Virus record (IMG/VR): IMGVR_UViG_3300046007_001148
Span: 1 to 40,547 of that record
Reading direction: 5' to 3' (one strand)
From: a virus
Lineage: Duplodnaviria; Caudoviricetes
Length of the DNA stretch: 40,547 bases
Each line of letters begins with the position of its first letter. Positions within the stretch are counted from its first letter, which is position 1. The translations under genes and the position numbers were made by a program. Under the pieces are notes generated by a model. That model was not told the origin of the DNA. It ran no database searches and saw nothing but the letters and a program-made list of their open reading frames with translations. Positions 24,920 through 35,294 of this stretch are shown here, piece by piece.

Positions 24920-25814
24920 GTCTGACAGCATCAAGGACTATCTCAACAGTATCGCCAAGTATCCGCTATTGACACCGCAGCAAGAGATACAACTCGGGAG
25001 GCGCGTGCAACGGCTGCGTGAACTGCAATCACTGGATCGCCCGCTGACCAATGCCGAACAGCGTGAAAAGCGCAGCGGCGAACGCGCCCGCCAGCGGTTC
25101 ATCCAGTGCAACTTGCAACTGGTCGTGCATGTCGCCCGCAGGTACGACAAGCGCAACAACAAGACCATGGAGCTACTCGACCTGATCCAAGAAGGCAACA
25201 TCGGCCTGGCGCGTGCTGTTGAGCTGTTTGACCCAAGCCGCGGCTATAAGTTCTCGACCTACGCCTACTGGTGGATCCGCCAAGGCATCACGCGCGCACT
25301 GATCAGCAGCGATGCCATCATCCGGCTGCCAATTGGTGTGCACGAGACGATGTACAAGATCAATCGCACGATCCAGGATCTCAGCCATCAGCTCGGTTAC
25401 CAGCCGAGCATCACCAGAGTGGCAGAAGAGATCGACATGGACCCCGGCGAGTTGTCCAATTTGCTCCGGCAAACCTATACCGTTACCAGCATCGACCAGC
25501 AAGTCAACAACTCAGAAGGCCACAGCATTGTTGACACCATTGCTGATCCCAACGTAGTTGACAATGACATCAGCCAAGATGTGCAGATCATGCTGCGTTA
25601 CGTTGACCAGTACCTAGACGATAGAACCAAAGCAGTTATTGAAGCGCGGTCGTGTTATCCAGCCGTCACATGGGCGCAACTTGAGCGTGAGTATGGCATT
25701 TCGAAGACTGCTCTGTACGACATCTATAAGCGCGGCGTCGGTCGCATCCGTATGCTGATGAGCAACCCTCTGACGGACACGCCCCTTGGAACCAACGATC
25801 AAGCGTCACGGTGA
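24918..25814 (+). CDS. RNA polymerase sigma factor, cyanobacterial group-2-like RpoD family
   Basis: YLNSIAKYPLLT, NLQLVVHVARRY, DLIQEGNIGL, GYKFSTYAYWWIRQGITR, IRLP. Confidence 0.93.
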   Translation: MSDSIKDYLNSIAKYPLLTPQQEIQLGRRVQRLRELQSLDRPLTNAEQREKRSGERARQRFIQCNLQLVVHVARRYDKRNNKTMELLDLIQEGNIGLARAVELFDPSRGYKFSTYAYWWIRQGITRALISSDAIIRLPIGVHETMYKINRTIQDLSHQLGYQPSITRVAEEIDMDPGELSNLLRQTYTVTSIDQQVNNSEGHSIVDTIADPNVVDNDISQDVQIMLRYVDQYLDDRTKAVIEARSCYPAVTWAQLEREYGISKTALYDIYKRGVGRIRMLMSNPLTDTPLGTNDQASR

Positions 25815-25959
25815 CATGTGGCGCGTCTGTATCAACGGCATGTGCCGTGATCATGCGCAAGACTGGCAGGCGCTTATCTTCTATCATCAGATGTTGAATC
25901 AATCAACCAATCCTGAATCTTTAATACGCGATCAACAGTCCATGAGTCCTGACGGCTGA
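25786..25959 (+). CDS. Possible small protein
   Basis: Own translation from TTG: MEPTIKRHGDMWRVCINGMCRDHAQDWQALIFY...; overlaps both neighbours. Confidence 0.4.
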   Translation: MEPTIKRHGDMWRVCINGMCRDHAQDWQALIFYHQMLNQSTNPESLIRDQQSMSPDG

Positions 25960-26194
25960 ACCACTCGCGCCATTCCTCGCTGCCTTTCCTGCGATTGCAA
26001 TTGCGGCACGCTGGCACCAGATTGGTTGTAACTGTAGCGCCGCCTTTATGGCGTGGCTTGACATGGTCCAAGGTGTCGGCTAACGCGCTGCAGTATGCGC
26101 ACTGATGGCCCCATGCCTCAAAGATCTGCTGCCTGAATTGATGCTTTGCACTGCGCTTAGAAACGAGATTCGAGCCATCAATCGAGTGATCCAC
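25874..26194 (-). CDS. HNH endonuclease
   Basis: CAYC, TLDHVKP, GG, NLVPACRNCNRRK. Confidence 0.92.
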   Translation of the reverse strand: MDHSIDGSNLVSKRSAKHQFRQQIFEAWGHQCAYCSALADTLDHVKPRHKGGATVTTNLVPACRNCNRRKGSEEWREWFSRQDSWTVDRVLKIQDWLIDSTSDDRR

Positions 26195-26360
26195 GCAATT
26201 CGGGGATTGGTAGCACCTGAAGACTTAACCCCAGGATGTGATCGTTGGACGGCGCTAACTCAGTGAGCCGCGCTGCAAAGTCGTCCGACACCTCTCCCGG
26301 ATCATCGTTGTCACTCTCGACGACGATGGTGTACTCGATCTCTAGGACGTACTGCTTCAT
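26178..26360 (-). CDS. Small acidic hypothetical protein
   Basis: 60 aa; ATGA coupling. Confidence 0.6.
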   Translation of the reverse strand: MKQYVLEIEYTIVVESDNDDPGEVSDDFAARLTELAPSNDHILGLSLQVLPIPELRGSLD

Positions 26361-27211
26361 ACGGTTGGCCGGCAGGTGATGTCAACGCCACCGCGTTTGC
26401 GTGGCTTCAGCGTAAGCCAGATCCCGCCTAGTGACTTAGGCATCACGATACGCTCAATGGCCCAGCCGCCAGTGCCTCCAAACTCCTGCTTGTAGGTGCC
26501 GGTTTGCAGGTGCCAGCGCTGCTCAATCCATGCCTTGCCGTTGTCAGCAATCCTGTAGCACGGATGCGCGACAATGCTGCGCTCATGGTTGTGGCCATTG
26601 ACAATCACATCCGCATCCGGTGCGATGCTTGCATACCGGCCTCCACCCATGGTGCCTTTGGTAATGATGCCGCCCCATGCGCCGTGATGGAAGAACAAAG
26701 TACACCGCCTGACGGCTTCATTCTCGCCACGATAGAACACAAACCGCACAAACCCTTGGTAACCCATGTGCTCAGTGACAGCACCATCATTACGCATGAG
26801 TCGGACCACGTTCTCTAGCGGGTCGATCTCTTGGTTGTTGAGCACGGCGGTTTCGTGGTTGCCGTCACCCATCATCAGGATCATGTCGCCGTATGGTTTC
26901 AGCAGATCTGCTGATTCACGAAATACCAAATCAAAGTAGTTGCCGCCTAGGTGCTCTGGCCTGATGTCACCTTTACTGCCGCGGCGGTCTTTCTTGCCTT
27001 GCATCAGGCACAGCACATCACCAAAAAACAATGCATGACCGTTAGCATCACGACATTCAGCTAAGTGCTGCAGTAGCAGTTTGCGGTTGCATTTTGGATT
27101 GTCAAGGTGTATATCTGACGCGAGCAGGAATGTTGATTCTTCTTTGTGGCTGCTGTACGGTATCCGTATCTCTATCAATTCTGGCGATAGCCGTTTTACG
27201 CTGATCGCCAT
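26357..27211 (-). CDS. Calcineurin-like metallophosphoesterase
   Basis: SDIH, FGD, GNHE, HHG, GHNH motifs. Confidence 0.9.
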   Translation of the reverse strand: MAISVKRLSPELIEIRIPYSSHKEESTFLLASDIHLDNPKCNRKLLLQHLAECRDANGHALFFGDVLCLMQGKKDRRGSKGDIRPEHLGGNYFDLVFRESADLLKPYGDMILMMGDGNHETAVLNNQEIDPLENVVRLMRNDGAVTEHMGYQGFVRFVFYRGENEAVRRCTLFFHHGAWGGIITKGTMGGGRYASIAPDADVIVNGHNHERSIVAHPCYRIADNGKAWIEQRWHLQTGTYKQEFGGTGGWAIERIVMPKSLGGIWLTLKPRKRGGVDITCRPTV

Positions 27212-27239
27212 GCCGTGTGTAGCGGCTTACACCAGCAGT

Positions 27240-28301
27240 CTAATAGTCCCAGCGCACGCGAGGTCGGCCTTTGCGGACGCCAAGGTGCACGAACCCTTTA
27301 GGTGCGCCGTATCCGATGCTGTATGGCCAGTTCTTGTCGCACCATACCTGGACTGCGTTGATGTCGGCGCCTTGGATGTAAAAGTCAACTGCACCGACGC
27401 TTGGCGCGTCATAAAGGTGCTCGCTGCTGCTGGCACCGCCAACCGAGCGGTTGATCGCTACTGGCCTGTAGCCGCTGGTGATCACCACTGGCTTGCCGCC
27501 GAACGCGCCGCGCACCCGCTCGAGGAACGCCGCCAGCTCGGCTGCGGTGTCGACTTGGTACTGATGGTCAAAACGCCTGGCCTCCTGACCCAGTGCGAAT
27601 TCGCCCAAGGTGATGTGTGGCGTGATCCGTGCTGTGAACGGGCTGCTCGGTGTCAGCTTGGCGGTTTGCTGCTCAACGCCCCACAACCGGCCCTCAGATT
27701 GGCGTCGGCGCAACAGACCCGCCTCGACATTGGTTCCAGGGTTGCGGTACAGCAGCAGCGCCTCGGGCACCGCTGCCCAGTCCTTGTCCTTCAGGCACTT
27801 GCTGATCGTCTCGAATCCGGTGGTGCCGTAGAACCCGCTACCTAGGTTGTAGGCGAAGCTGATCAGCGCAGACTGCTTGTCGCCGGACATGGCATTCCAG
27901 AACGGTACGGTCGCCCTCAGCTTCTCGGCGACGCGCTCGATCTCAAGGTCCAGCAGCTTGCCAGCGTCGATGACGGTGATCTTGTCGCCGCGCTGCACCT
28001 TGCGGCCATCGCTGTATCTGGTGGTGCCATAGCCGATGGTCCATGGCTCACCACCGCTGAGCGGATCGGGATAGGCCGACAGGTGGCAGCCCTCGAACTC
28101 TTTGATCAGCTTGACGGCTGCGTCATAACTGTGCACCTTGCCGCCTTGGCTCCATGTCTGGAACCATGGCTGATCCCTATTAAACAAATCAGGCGCAACC
28201 TTTAACAGCTCAGCTTCCAATTCAACGATCGCCGCCTGCTGGTGCGGCAGCGCCTTCCAGTACCGGAACAGGTCACTGGGTTTGATCGGTGCTTTAGCCA
28301 C
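27240..28301 (-). CDS. Endolysin: GH24 lysozyme plus peptidase M15 domain
   Basis: EFEG...AYPD...WTIGYG, SFAYNLG, GLLRRR; then TSGYR, SEH, AVD, FVHLG. Confidence 0.92.
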   Translation of the reverse strand: MAKAPIKPSDLFRYWKALPHQQAAIVELEAELLKVAPDLFNRDQPWFQTWSQGGKVHSYDAAVKLIKEFEGCHLSAYPDPLSGGEPWTIGYGTTRYSDGRKVQRGDKITVIDAGKLLDLEIERVAEKLRATVPFWNAMSGDKQSALISFAYNLGSGFYGTTGFETISKCLKDKDWAAVPEALLLYRNPGTNVEAGLLRRRQSEGRLWGVEQQTAKLTPSSPFTARITPHITLGEFALGQEARRFDHQYQVDTAAELAAFLERVRGAFGGKPVVITSGYRPVAINRSVGGASSSEHLYDAPSVGAVDFYIQGADINAVQVWCDKNWPYSIGYGAPKGFVHLGVRKGRPRVRWDY

Positions 28302-28434
28302 GCTTGGGGAACATCAACTTGAGGGCCTGCAGCAGAAGCTGGATCCAGCTATTGGACTTGAGCGGCGTCAGCGCGATGATCTCACTGCCAGCAGCAAGGA
28401 CAATGGCGACAACGGCAACAGTCTGGGCGTCCAT
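28294..28434 (-). CDS. Holin-like small membrane protein, 46 aa
   Basis: Own translation MDAQTVAVVAIVLAAGSEIIALTPLKSNSWIQLLLQALKLMFPKRG; precedes endolysin. Confidence 0.6.
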   Translation of the reverse strand: MDAQTVAVVAIVLAAGSEIIALTPLKSNSWIQLLLQALKLMFPKRG

Positions 28435-28436
28435 GG

Positions 28437-28685
28437 TCAGCGGTGTGGTCGTGCCTCAAGCGTAGCGACGCGCTGCTCAACACCATTGAGCCGCTTGAAC
28501 GTCTCCTGGCGATCGGTGCGGATGTCGGTGTGCATGACCTCAAGCTGCGTGGCGATGTGCTCCACTGCAGCGGTGAGCCTGATCACTGCCTCACGGGCTT
28601 CATCGTTGCGACGGCTGAACCCCATGGCGCCCATAGCCGCCACGCTGATGGATGCCCCAGCAATAGCAGCGATCAGCTCGATCAT
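28437..28685 (-). CDS. Membrane-anchored coiled-coil protein (lysis cassette)
   Basis: N-terminal hydrophobic segment, C-terminal RLNGVEQRVATLE. Confidence 0.65.
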   Translation of the reverse strand: MIELIAAIAGASISVAAMGAMGFSRRNDEAREAVIRLTAAVEHIATQLEVMHTDIRTDRQETFKRLNGVEQRVATLEARPHR

Positions 28686-28694
28686 GCCACTAGT

Positions 28695-29000
28695 CTAAGC
28701 AGCCCAAGGTAGCCCGCTGGCTTTGCTGGGATAGCGCTGCTCGTCGAGCTGGCTTTGCAGTGCTGCCTCGATTTGCTCAACGTCCAACCGTTCCTTGACC
28801 CAGCCGACCACGATCTCTTCGGTAAGGTCAGCAAAGGGGATCATGTCCTCCTCGGGACGCTCGAAGCCGATCGAGCCATAGGCCCCTGCGGTGTAGGTGC
28901 CGTCGTTGGCGTCGATGGTGTAGTGAGCCGTGAAGACGTAGCCGTCGGCGGTCTCGCGCTCCAGTTGAGCGATGTGCCAGGTGAAAACGGTGTCGGACAT
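28695..29000 (-). CDS. Tail-fibre-associated protein
   Basis: FTWHIAQLER, IPFADLTEE.VVGWVK, GLPW; follows fibre gene. Confidence 0.7.
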   Translation of the reverse strand: MSDTVFTWHIAQLERETADGYVFTAHYTIDANDGTYTAGAYGSIGFERPEEDMIPFADLTEEIVVGWVKERLDVEQIEAALQSQLDEQRYPSKASGLPWAA

Positions 29001-29038
29001 GTGAGTTTGGTGTGGTGGTTAGTAGAGAGCAGGATTAA

Positions 29039-30622
29039 TCAGCAAGCCATCAGCACGCAGGGCACGCAGTAGCTGCCATCTTCATAAGTGCAGGTGACGT
29101 GATTGGATGTCACCTTGGCGATGGTCTTGCTGCGAACGATGTCATCGTCCTGAGGAATTGCGGTGCCATCGCCAGTGGACATTAGCAGTTGCCCACGATG
29201 CACTGGGATGCCTGCTGAGATGCGGATGATGAAGTCACCCGTCATCGCGCAGTAGAAGTCGTCGGTGTAGGTGTCGTCATCGTCGTCCCATGATTGGAAC
29301 ACGCCAGCCACGTTCAGGTCGCCTTCAACGTCGCTCACCTTCATGCGGTTGAGTTGTTCGTTATCTTCATCGCCCCACTGGCACATCTCGTCGATGTTGC
29401 TCAGCACGGTGCCGCGCAGGATCTCAATGCGCTCGGCGCCGCCAGGAAGTTGAGACCAACGAGAAAGGTGAGCACCGTTTAGGGTAACAGTTGAACCAGA
29501 AACAGAAATGTCTCCTTCCTCTGTTCCATCCTGAGCAAAAACAATTAGTTTGCCATCATTGCCAATTCTGTTAATTAAGACAGGCGTATCGTTTGATCGA
29601 GCAACTTGGACAACTCCGCTCGTCCCAAGATTAACACCTGCAACCGAAGTTTGATTCCAAATAATGTCAGTGCCTTGAGATCCTATATTGACAGATCCTC
29701 CATTCGTAATCCTCATCCTCTCCGTCGGAGAAGACGCCCCATCGGCCGTAGTGGAGAACACTAGGCGAGTTGGCATGTCGTTAGCGCCGGGGGTGCCGTC
29801 TACAAAAGCCTCTATTGAGGCTCCAGAGACAAACTCAGTCCCATCACTTCCTTGGAATCCAATCGAACCTAAATAATCATTGGCTTGAACAACGGTGTTT
29901 GAGCCTATCGTTGCTCCGCGAGATTTAGCAAACTGAATTGATGAGCTATAAATGTCATTAGAATTGCAGATTAATGCTTGTGCGCTAGTGGTGTCTGAAG
30001 TGCCTTCTATTTGCAAACGTGGCGTCCATGAGGTGTTAAAGAAATTGCTACGCGCAGTAGACGTGCCAACTAACAGGCGGCCGGAGCTGTCGATGCGAAC
30101 GCGTTCTGTTGAATCAGTTGAAAAAGCTAAAGGGGCTGCACCAGTGGAGAATAATGCAGACCCACCACCAAGTGCGTCACTATTTCTGACCAAAGCAATA
30201 TACTCGCCAGAATTATTTACAGCGTAGACTTTTGCCTGAGAAGCGCTTGTGTTGCTTGTATTGGTAACTTTAATCCCAGGATTAAATGCGCTATCCGAAT
30301 AAGAGATAGTAAGGCTTGTGTCTGGACTCGCAGTGCCAATCCCGACGCGGCCTGAGGAGTCAACAAACAACCGCCCCGTGCCGCCGGTGCTGATCGCAAC
30401 CTGATCTGCACCGGGTCGGTAGATGCCGGTGTTGGGGTCGCTCTCAAAGCCGATGCTGGGTGCTGCCGCGGTGCCATCTGGTGCGCCGCGGAGCAGTTCC
30501 TCCATCGTGATGCGCTTGTTCTTGTTGGCGGCTGATGCCTCGCTGATGTCAACGATCGGCAGGTAGTCGCCTGCAGCAGGCGCCGTAAGCGCTGTCAGGT
30601 CAGAGATCTTACGGTCGGCCAT
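29039..30622 (-). CDS. Tail/virion fibre protein
   Basis: MADRKISDL N-terminus, GTAAAPSI.F..D.NTGIY, repeated R..IDSSGR..IGT, ERMRI. Confidence 0.85.
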   Translation of the reverse strand: MADRKISDLTALTAPAAGDYLPIVDISEASAANKNKRITMEELLRGAPDGTAAAPSIGFESDPNTGIYRPGADQVAISTGGTGRLFVDSSGRVGIGTASPDTSLTISYSDSAFNPGIKVTNTSNTSASQAKVYAVNNSGEYIALVRNSDALGGGSALFSTGAAPLAFSTDSTERVRIDSSGRLLVGTSTARSNFFNTSWTPRLQIEGTSDTTSAQALICNSNDIYSSSIQFAKSRGATIGSNTVVQANDYLGSIGFQGSDGTEFVSGASIEAFVDGTPGANDMPTRLVFSTTADGASSPTERMRITNGGSVNIGSQGTDIIWNQTSVAGVNLGTSGVVQVARSNDTPVLINRIGNDGKLIVFAQDGTEEGDISVSGSTVTLNGAHLSRWSQLPGGAERIEILRGTVLSNIDEMCQWGDEDNEQLNRMKVSDVEGDLNVAGVFQSWDDDDDTYTDDFYCAMTGDFIIRISAGIPVHRGQLLMSTGDGTAIPQDDDIVRSKTIAKVTSNHVTCTYEDGSYCVPCVLMAC

Positions 30623-30628
30623 GTGCTA

Positions 30629-31339
30629 TCAGGACTCGTACACTATGTTAACCGTACCAGCGTCAAAGGTATCTGGCGTGTTAGTGCTAGTCAACCGCAC
30701 TTGTGTCAGCACTGCACCCAAGGTGGCATCACCGGCGCCATAGGTGCTGACCGTGGTGCCAGAAACCGCAGCGCGCTTTATGTTTGACGTATAAACCCAA
30801 TTGTTGCCGTCAACCCTGATCATATGCACTATGCCTGAGTTCAGATATGTGCTGGCATTTCCAGGTTGCAAAAGAAAGCCAGCGCTGCTGTATTGGCTGA
30901 CCGTTCCTGTCACTGCCTCCGAGTTGGAGTTATAACCGCTTGTGACAAAACCGCTAGCGGTGCCAAGCTGAACGATTAGCTCATTGCTGCCGTTAGTGCT
31001 GACGCCATAGAGCATCATGGTGATCCGGTTGGCCCAGCTTGGGATGCTACCAAATGTGATCGCCGTGCCAGACGTGGATGCCTGTGCGGTTGCGCGTCGA
31101 GTTTTTTTGAGGCCGAGGTTAACTAGGCTTGCATCGCCAACCTCAATGTAATCCGTGCCGCCACTGTTGCCGATATACAAAGCATGATCATCTGAATCGA
31201 CGTACCACTGATAGGCAAACTTGCTGGCCGGCTGCCCTGATCCACTGTTGTTGGTGCGGATCGCCGCCAACGCATCATTAAGGTCAGCGCGAAATGCTGC
31301 ACCAGCCAGGTTGGCAATGTTGTAGTCGTGTTGCGCCAT
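30629..31339 (-). CDS. Short tail fibre/baseplate-associated protein
   Basis: MAQHDYNIAN...FRADLNDAL N-terminus typical after gpJ; C-terminal TFDAGTVNIVYE. Confidence 0.75.
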   Translation of the reverse strand: MAQHDYNIANLAGAAFRADLNDALAAIRTNNSGSGQPASKFAYQWYVDSDDHALYIGNSGGTDYIEVGDASLVNLGLKKTRRATAQASTSGTAITFGSIPSWANRITMMLYGVSTNGSNELIVQLGTASGFVTSGYNSNSEAVTGTVSQYSSAGFLLQPGNASTYLNSGIVHMIRVDGNNWVYTSNIKRAAVSGTTVSTYGAGDATLGAVLTQVRLTSTNTPDTFDAGTVNIVYES

Positions 31340-34300
31340 TAGGTGATCTCCTTGCCGTAACCAACGGCGGTGTATTGGAAGTTGCGTGCGACTGGCTTGT
31401 CGCTGTTGTCCTGGATCACAAGATCAACGCCAGTGCGCGATAACGTATCCAGTGTATAGTAGTCGCCGCTATCTGCGTTGAAGATGGTGATCCCCATCGT
31501 AGGCGACTGGTAGAAGTTGTCAACGAAGTCGATCAGGAACGGCCCAGCAGCAGTGCCGGTGCCGGTGCCCGGTCCAGTTGCGGTGAACTTGGTGCCAGGG
31601 TTGTTGTTGGCCGCGCCGATCAGTGTGAAGTTGGTCGTCCCTGCGCTCACAATGGTGTAGTCCCTGCCAGCCTGGATCTCGGCTGCTGTGTTCAGTGTGT
31701 CGCTTACATCAGAGATCTCAGCACGCTGCTGCATCTCGACTGTAACGCCGACATCAGTAATCAATATGTTCTGCGATGGATCGATTGTTGTTGCGATGAC
31801 CTTGAACTGGAATGCACGACCGCGGACCGTTGCGTTGGCGAACTCGCGCCATTCGCCCCAGGTCGGCGACCCCGATGGATTGTCGGTCGTGCTGCGGACA
31901 TACATCGACGCATTTGGGCCGTCAGGCGCAGCATCGTCGATCAGACCCCAGTCGTCGATGTAAAGCGTTTTGTCATCGATCAAGGCGCCGGCCGCCAGCG
32001 TGGTGAACTCAAGCGTCCGCCTGATGTTGATGTCATAGACCTGGGTCAGGTCAAGCGTGTCACCCAGCTCATAGGTGCCTGTTGGCAGGATGTCGCCGAT
32101 GCTGTCGATTGAGCCAAGGTCGTCCCAGGTGCCCATGTCATCCACCAGCACCGTGCCCGCCAGCAAGATGCCCTCGGATTCGGCCGAGTAGAACATGCCG
32201 GTGAAGGTGCCATCAAACGGCGGATGTGTGTAGGTCTGGACGATCTGCCGCGGCAGTGGCGTCGGCAGGTCAACGATGATTGCGGACGCCGTGCTGCTGC
32301 GGTTGCCGGTGTCATCCTCGAACTTGAGCAGATAGGTGCCCTCCAGCAATGGCACCTGCTTCTGGGTCTGGCCACCGGCCGCCGCGGCAACGATCTCCTG
32401 CGCATTTTCCCAGGATGCGCCGGTCAGTACCGGTTGATGCCGGATCAGAACCTTGCCGTTCAAGATCACATCCAGCTCTTGGCTGCGGTTCCAACTGATG
32501 ACGGCCGAGGCCTCATCGATCGCAACCAGGCTGAGGCCAGTGGGCGACGCTGGGGGAGCCGTCTTGCCCAGGGCGGTGATGGTATTGGTGGCGGGCGACG
32601 ATGAGCGAAGGTTGGTGGGGCTGACACTGTAGACCTCGATCTGATAGACGCCTGGCGTGGTGTCGAGGATCTCGTAGTCAGGTCGCTGGACCGTCAAATC
32701 AGTCCAGTTGTTGTCCTCCAGTCGATACCTGAATCTGTAGGTGCCAATACCATCGACTGGGACCCAACTGATCACCAGCTTTGACTGGACGACGCCGTTG
32801 TTGTCGTAAAGGGCTTCAGTTGCCGTGAGCCCAGTGGGAGCCGGAGGAATAACATTAAGGTTCGTGACATCACGCTCTTGCAGCGGTTGACTGCGCTCGA
32901 TGTAGTCGTACTTGCTGCTGTTGTACGCCATCGCAGTGATGCTGTACTGCGCTTGGTCTTGCTCGGTGATGCCGATCACGCGCCAGGTGGAGGCCTGGAT
33001 GTCTGATGTCTGGAAAATCCAAATGCTGTTGGCGTTTGGCGCTGCTGAATAGGCGCTGCTGACCGTGATCACACTGCCGACGATGGATGACACCGTTTTG
33101 GATTCAACCGCACCGGTTGGCAGGATCACCGACAGCGTCGGGCTAGTACCGAGCACCAAGCCAGTGGCACTGTCGACGGTGATTGCTGTTGTCGTTGCGG
33201 AGGTGATCCGCCCACCACGGCGCTCGGAGCTGCGGGTGGGATCGGAGACCTCGATCACCTGCCCCGGGCGCACCACCACACCGGCATCGATGGATGTCGT
33301 GAAGCTGATCACCTCGCCTTCGTAGCGGTTGGTGTAGAGCAACCACTCGCCAAGCCTCCGTGCTTGCTTCCGGCTGGTGCAGGCAAAGGCGCTCAGTTCT
33401 GTGGTGATCACGCCAAAGCGGTTGATCCCGTCGCGGTCCTCGACCACTTCCTTGGCGATGTCCCGCAGCTCCAGGTCCAGGTAGCTGACCACGGCCACCG
33501 TCGGCTTGGACTTGAGGCTGGCACCCTGATAGCTGAAGCCCTCGGGGGTGACATTCGCCAGCGTGAATAGGTAAGCCGGGTCTTGCGGCTTGTCTTGATT
33601 GATTGTCAGTGCGCCCGCAGACCAATATGGCATCACTCGGAATACCGAGCACATGTCGTTAATCAGTTTGTACGCTTCTTCTGCTGTTTGGATATTGACG
33701 TTGCAGGAGAATCTAGGCTCGCCGTCAACTTGCTCCGAGCAGTATTGCGATGCGGCGTAGAAAGCGAACTTGTCAAGCTGCGCAGCAGTGATGTGATCGC
33801 CAAATCCATAGCGGGTGCTGGTCAGCAGATCCCATAAAATCCAAGCTGGATCCGTGGTCCATTGAGCGGCTCCAAAGGTGCCGTCCCACGCGCCAGAGTA
33901 TGTGATGCTGCCATCGACGGCGCTGATCGTGCCATTGCTAGGGATCAACACCTTGATGCCGCGCACCAGATAGCTGCGGGCCGGGACGTTGCTGAACTGC
34001 TCAGCGTCAACGCGAATGCCGATTAGGGCGCTGTTGCCGTAGCGCAACTTGGCGCGGGTAATTTCGGTGTAGCTGGTCCACTGAAACGCGTTGCTGACTT
34101 TCGCGCTTGTGGAGTCTGCTGTGATGCGTGAGACGCGGATGTTGACCGGGAATGCACCATCAAGCTCGATCTCGTAATCGCGCTGGTACTTGTCGGCAGA
34201 TCGACCCTTGATGGTGCCATCAAGGCCGCTCACTTTGGTCTCGAATCCGCCGCCGGCATATTGAACCTCAATCTTCAACTCAAAGCTCTGGCCGACGATG

Positions 34301-34701
34301 TCGCCTTGGTTGTTGAAAGCCTGGAGTTGCGGCACCGAGATGGTGATCCGCACCGCGTCAATGCTGTTGTCGGTGATCGTGCGAACGACAGGCGTGTCCT
34401 TTTCGACGGTGACGCCAACTGGGATTTCGTTTGCAGGCCCAGAGCCGAACGGAATTGGCTGCTGCACTGTTGAACCAGTGCCGGTGCGCTCATACCATTC
34501 GACATTCTTAAAATTAAACTCACCGCCTTCGTTTACTAGCGGCGTATTGTCTAAAAAAATAGACTTTGCGCCATCCTTCAAGCCATAGATCTCACCTTCG
34601 CTAATCAGGTCGATGACCTCGGCGTACTGCGTTGAGATCAGGTTGTCTTTGGCTTCCGATGGCGACCGGCCACCACTTGCGCCGCCTTTGCCGCCGATCA
34701 T
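31339..34701 (-). CDS. Tail tip/host specificity protein (lambda gpJ-like)
   Basis: DLISEGEIYGL, WTTDPAWILWDLLT..RYG, EPRFSCN, FN3-like repeats. Confidence 0.92.
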   Translation of the reverse strand: MIGGKGGASGGRSPSEAKDNLISTQYAEVIDLISEGEIYGLKDGAKSIFLDNTPLVNEGGEFNFKNVEWYERTGTGSTVQQPIPFGSGPANEIPVGVTVEKDTPVVRTITDNSIDAVRITISVPQLQAFNNQGDIVGQSFELKIEVQYAGGGFETKVSGLDGTIKGRSADKYQRDYEIELDGAFPVNIRVSRITADSTSAKVSNAFQWTSYTEITRAKLRYGNSALIGIRVDAEQFSNVPARSYLVRGIKVLIPSNGTISAVDGSITYSGAWDGTFGAAQWTTDPAWILWDLLTSTRYGFGDHITAAQLDKFAFYAASQYCSEQVDGEPRFSCNVNIQTAEEAYKLINDMCSVFRVMPYWSAGALTINQDKPQDPAYLFTLANVTPEGFSYQGASLKSKPTVAVVSYLDLELRDIAKEVVEDRDGINRFGVITTELSAFACTSRKQARRLGEWLLYTNRYEGEVISFTTSIDAGVVVRPGQVIEVSDPTRSSERRGGRITSATTTAITVDSATGLVLGTSPTLSVILPTGAVESKTVSSIVGSVITVSSAYSAAPNANSIWIFQTSDIQASTWRVIGITEQDQAQYSITAMAYNSSKYDYIERSQPLQERDVTNLNVIPPAPTGLTATEALYDNNGVVQSKLVISWVPVDGIGTYRFRYRLEDNNWTDLTVQRPDYEILDTTPGVYQIEVYSVSPTNLRSSSPATNTITALGKTAPPASPTGLSLVAIDEASAVISWNRSQELDVILNGKVLIRHQPVLTGASWENAQEIVAAAAGGQTQKQVPLLEGTYLLKFEDDTGNRSSTASAIIVDLPTPLPRQIVQTYTHPPFDGTFTGMFYSAESEGILLAGTVLVDDMGTWDDLGSIDSIGDILPTGTYELGDTLDLTQVYDINIRRTLEFTTLAAGALIDDKTLYIDDWGLIDDAAPDGPNASMYVRSTTDNPSGSPTWGEWREFANATVRGRAFQFKVIATTIDPSQNILITDVGVTVEMQQRAEISDVSDTLNTAAEIQAGRDYTIVSAGTTNFTLIGAANNNPGTKFTATGPGTGTGTAAGPFLIDFVDNFYQSPTMGITIFNADSGDYYTLDTLSRTGVDLVIQDNSDKPVARNFQYTAVGYGKEIT

Positions 34702-35294
34702 GCCTTCACCTGCACGGTGTCAATGCCAGCGCTGATCACCACGCTACCGACTAGGGTCTCGCCGTAGACAATCGGAACCGGCACGCCCTGACGGCTGGTG
34801 TTCTGCACACCGCTGAAGCTGTAGCTCTTGCGCGGGTCGTTGGCACCGTCATTGCCGAGCGATAGCTGGGGAGTTGGCGTCAGCAGTCCAGCCACACCAC
34901 CAAGGGTCATAAATAAGCCAATGCTTGCGACCAGGCCCTTCACCGCAATCGGCGCCGACAATCCAAGCGTGCCAATCGCAGCAGCGCCTGGAATAAAGAA
35001 CGAGCCGATAACCAGTGCAACGCCCAGCAAGATTTGCCCAACATCCCCACCAGCACCACCGATCACAGGGATGATGCGAATCTCCTGTTGCCCCACCGGA
35101 TGGTGCAAGTCATTGAGTGTTAGGCCAAAACCACCAACCGTGACGCGGTAGTACTGGGCGCTCATGTGCCGCTCCAGCCACGGAAAGTTGACCAGCAAGA
35201 ATCGCACGGCCTCGGCGGCACTGCTAACGGCTGCCTTGAACGTGCGTTGTCCAAGCAGCTTGGCAAGATGGCCGTAGACCCGAATCGTCTGCAT
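34698..35294 (-). CDS. Tail assembly protein (gpI-like)
   Basis: [41 protein letters not shown]. Confidence 0.9.
   Translation of the reverse strand: MQTIRVYGHLAKLLGQRTFKAAVSSAAEAVRFLLVNFPWLERHMSAQYYRVTVGGFGLTLNDLHHPVGQQEIRIIPVIGGAGGDVGQILLGVALVIGSFFIPGAAAIGTLGLSAPIAVKGLVASIGLFMTLGGVAGLLTPTPQLSLGNDGANDPRKSYSFSGVQNTSRQGVPVPIVYGETLVGSVVISAGIDTVQVKA

Noticed and set aside
25874-26194. HNH as a homing/mobile element or partner of the RNA-guided cassette
   Set aside because: Small stand-alone HNH typical of siphoviruses, 8 kb from the cassette, with no intron or repeat context.
29039-31339. Diversity-generating retroelement or invertible fibre cassette
   Set aside because: No reverse transcriptase, invertase or template/variable repeat pair seen.
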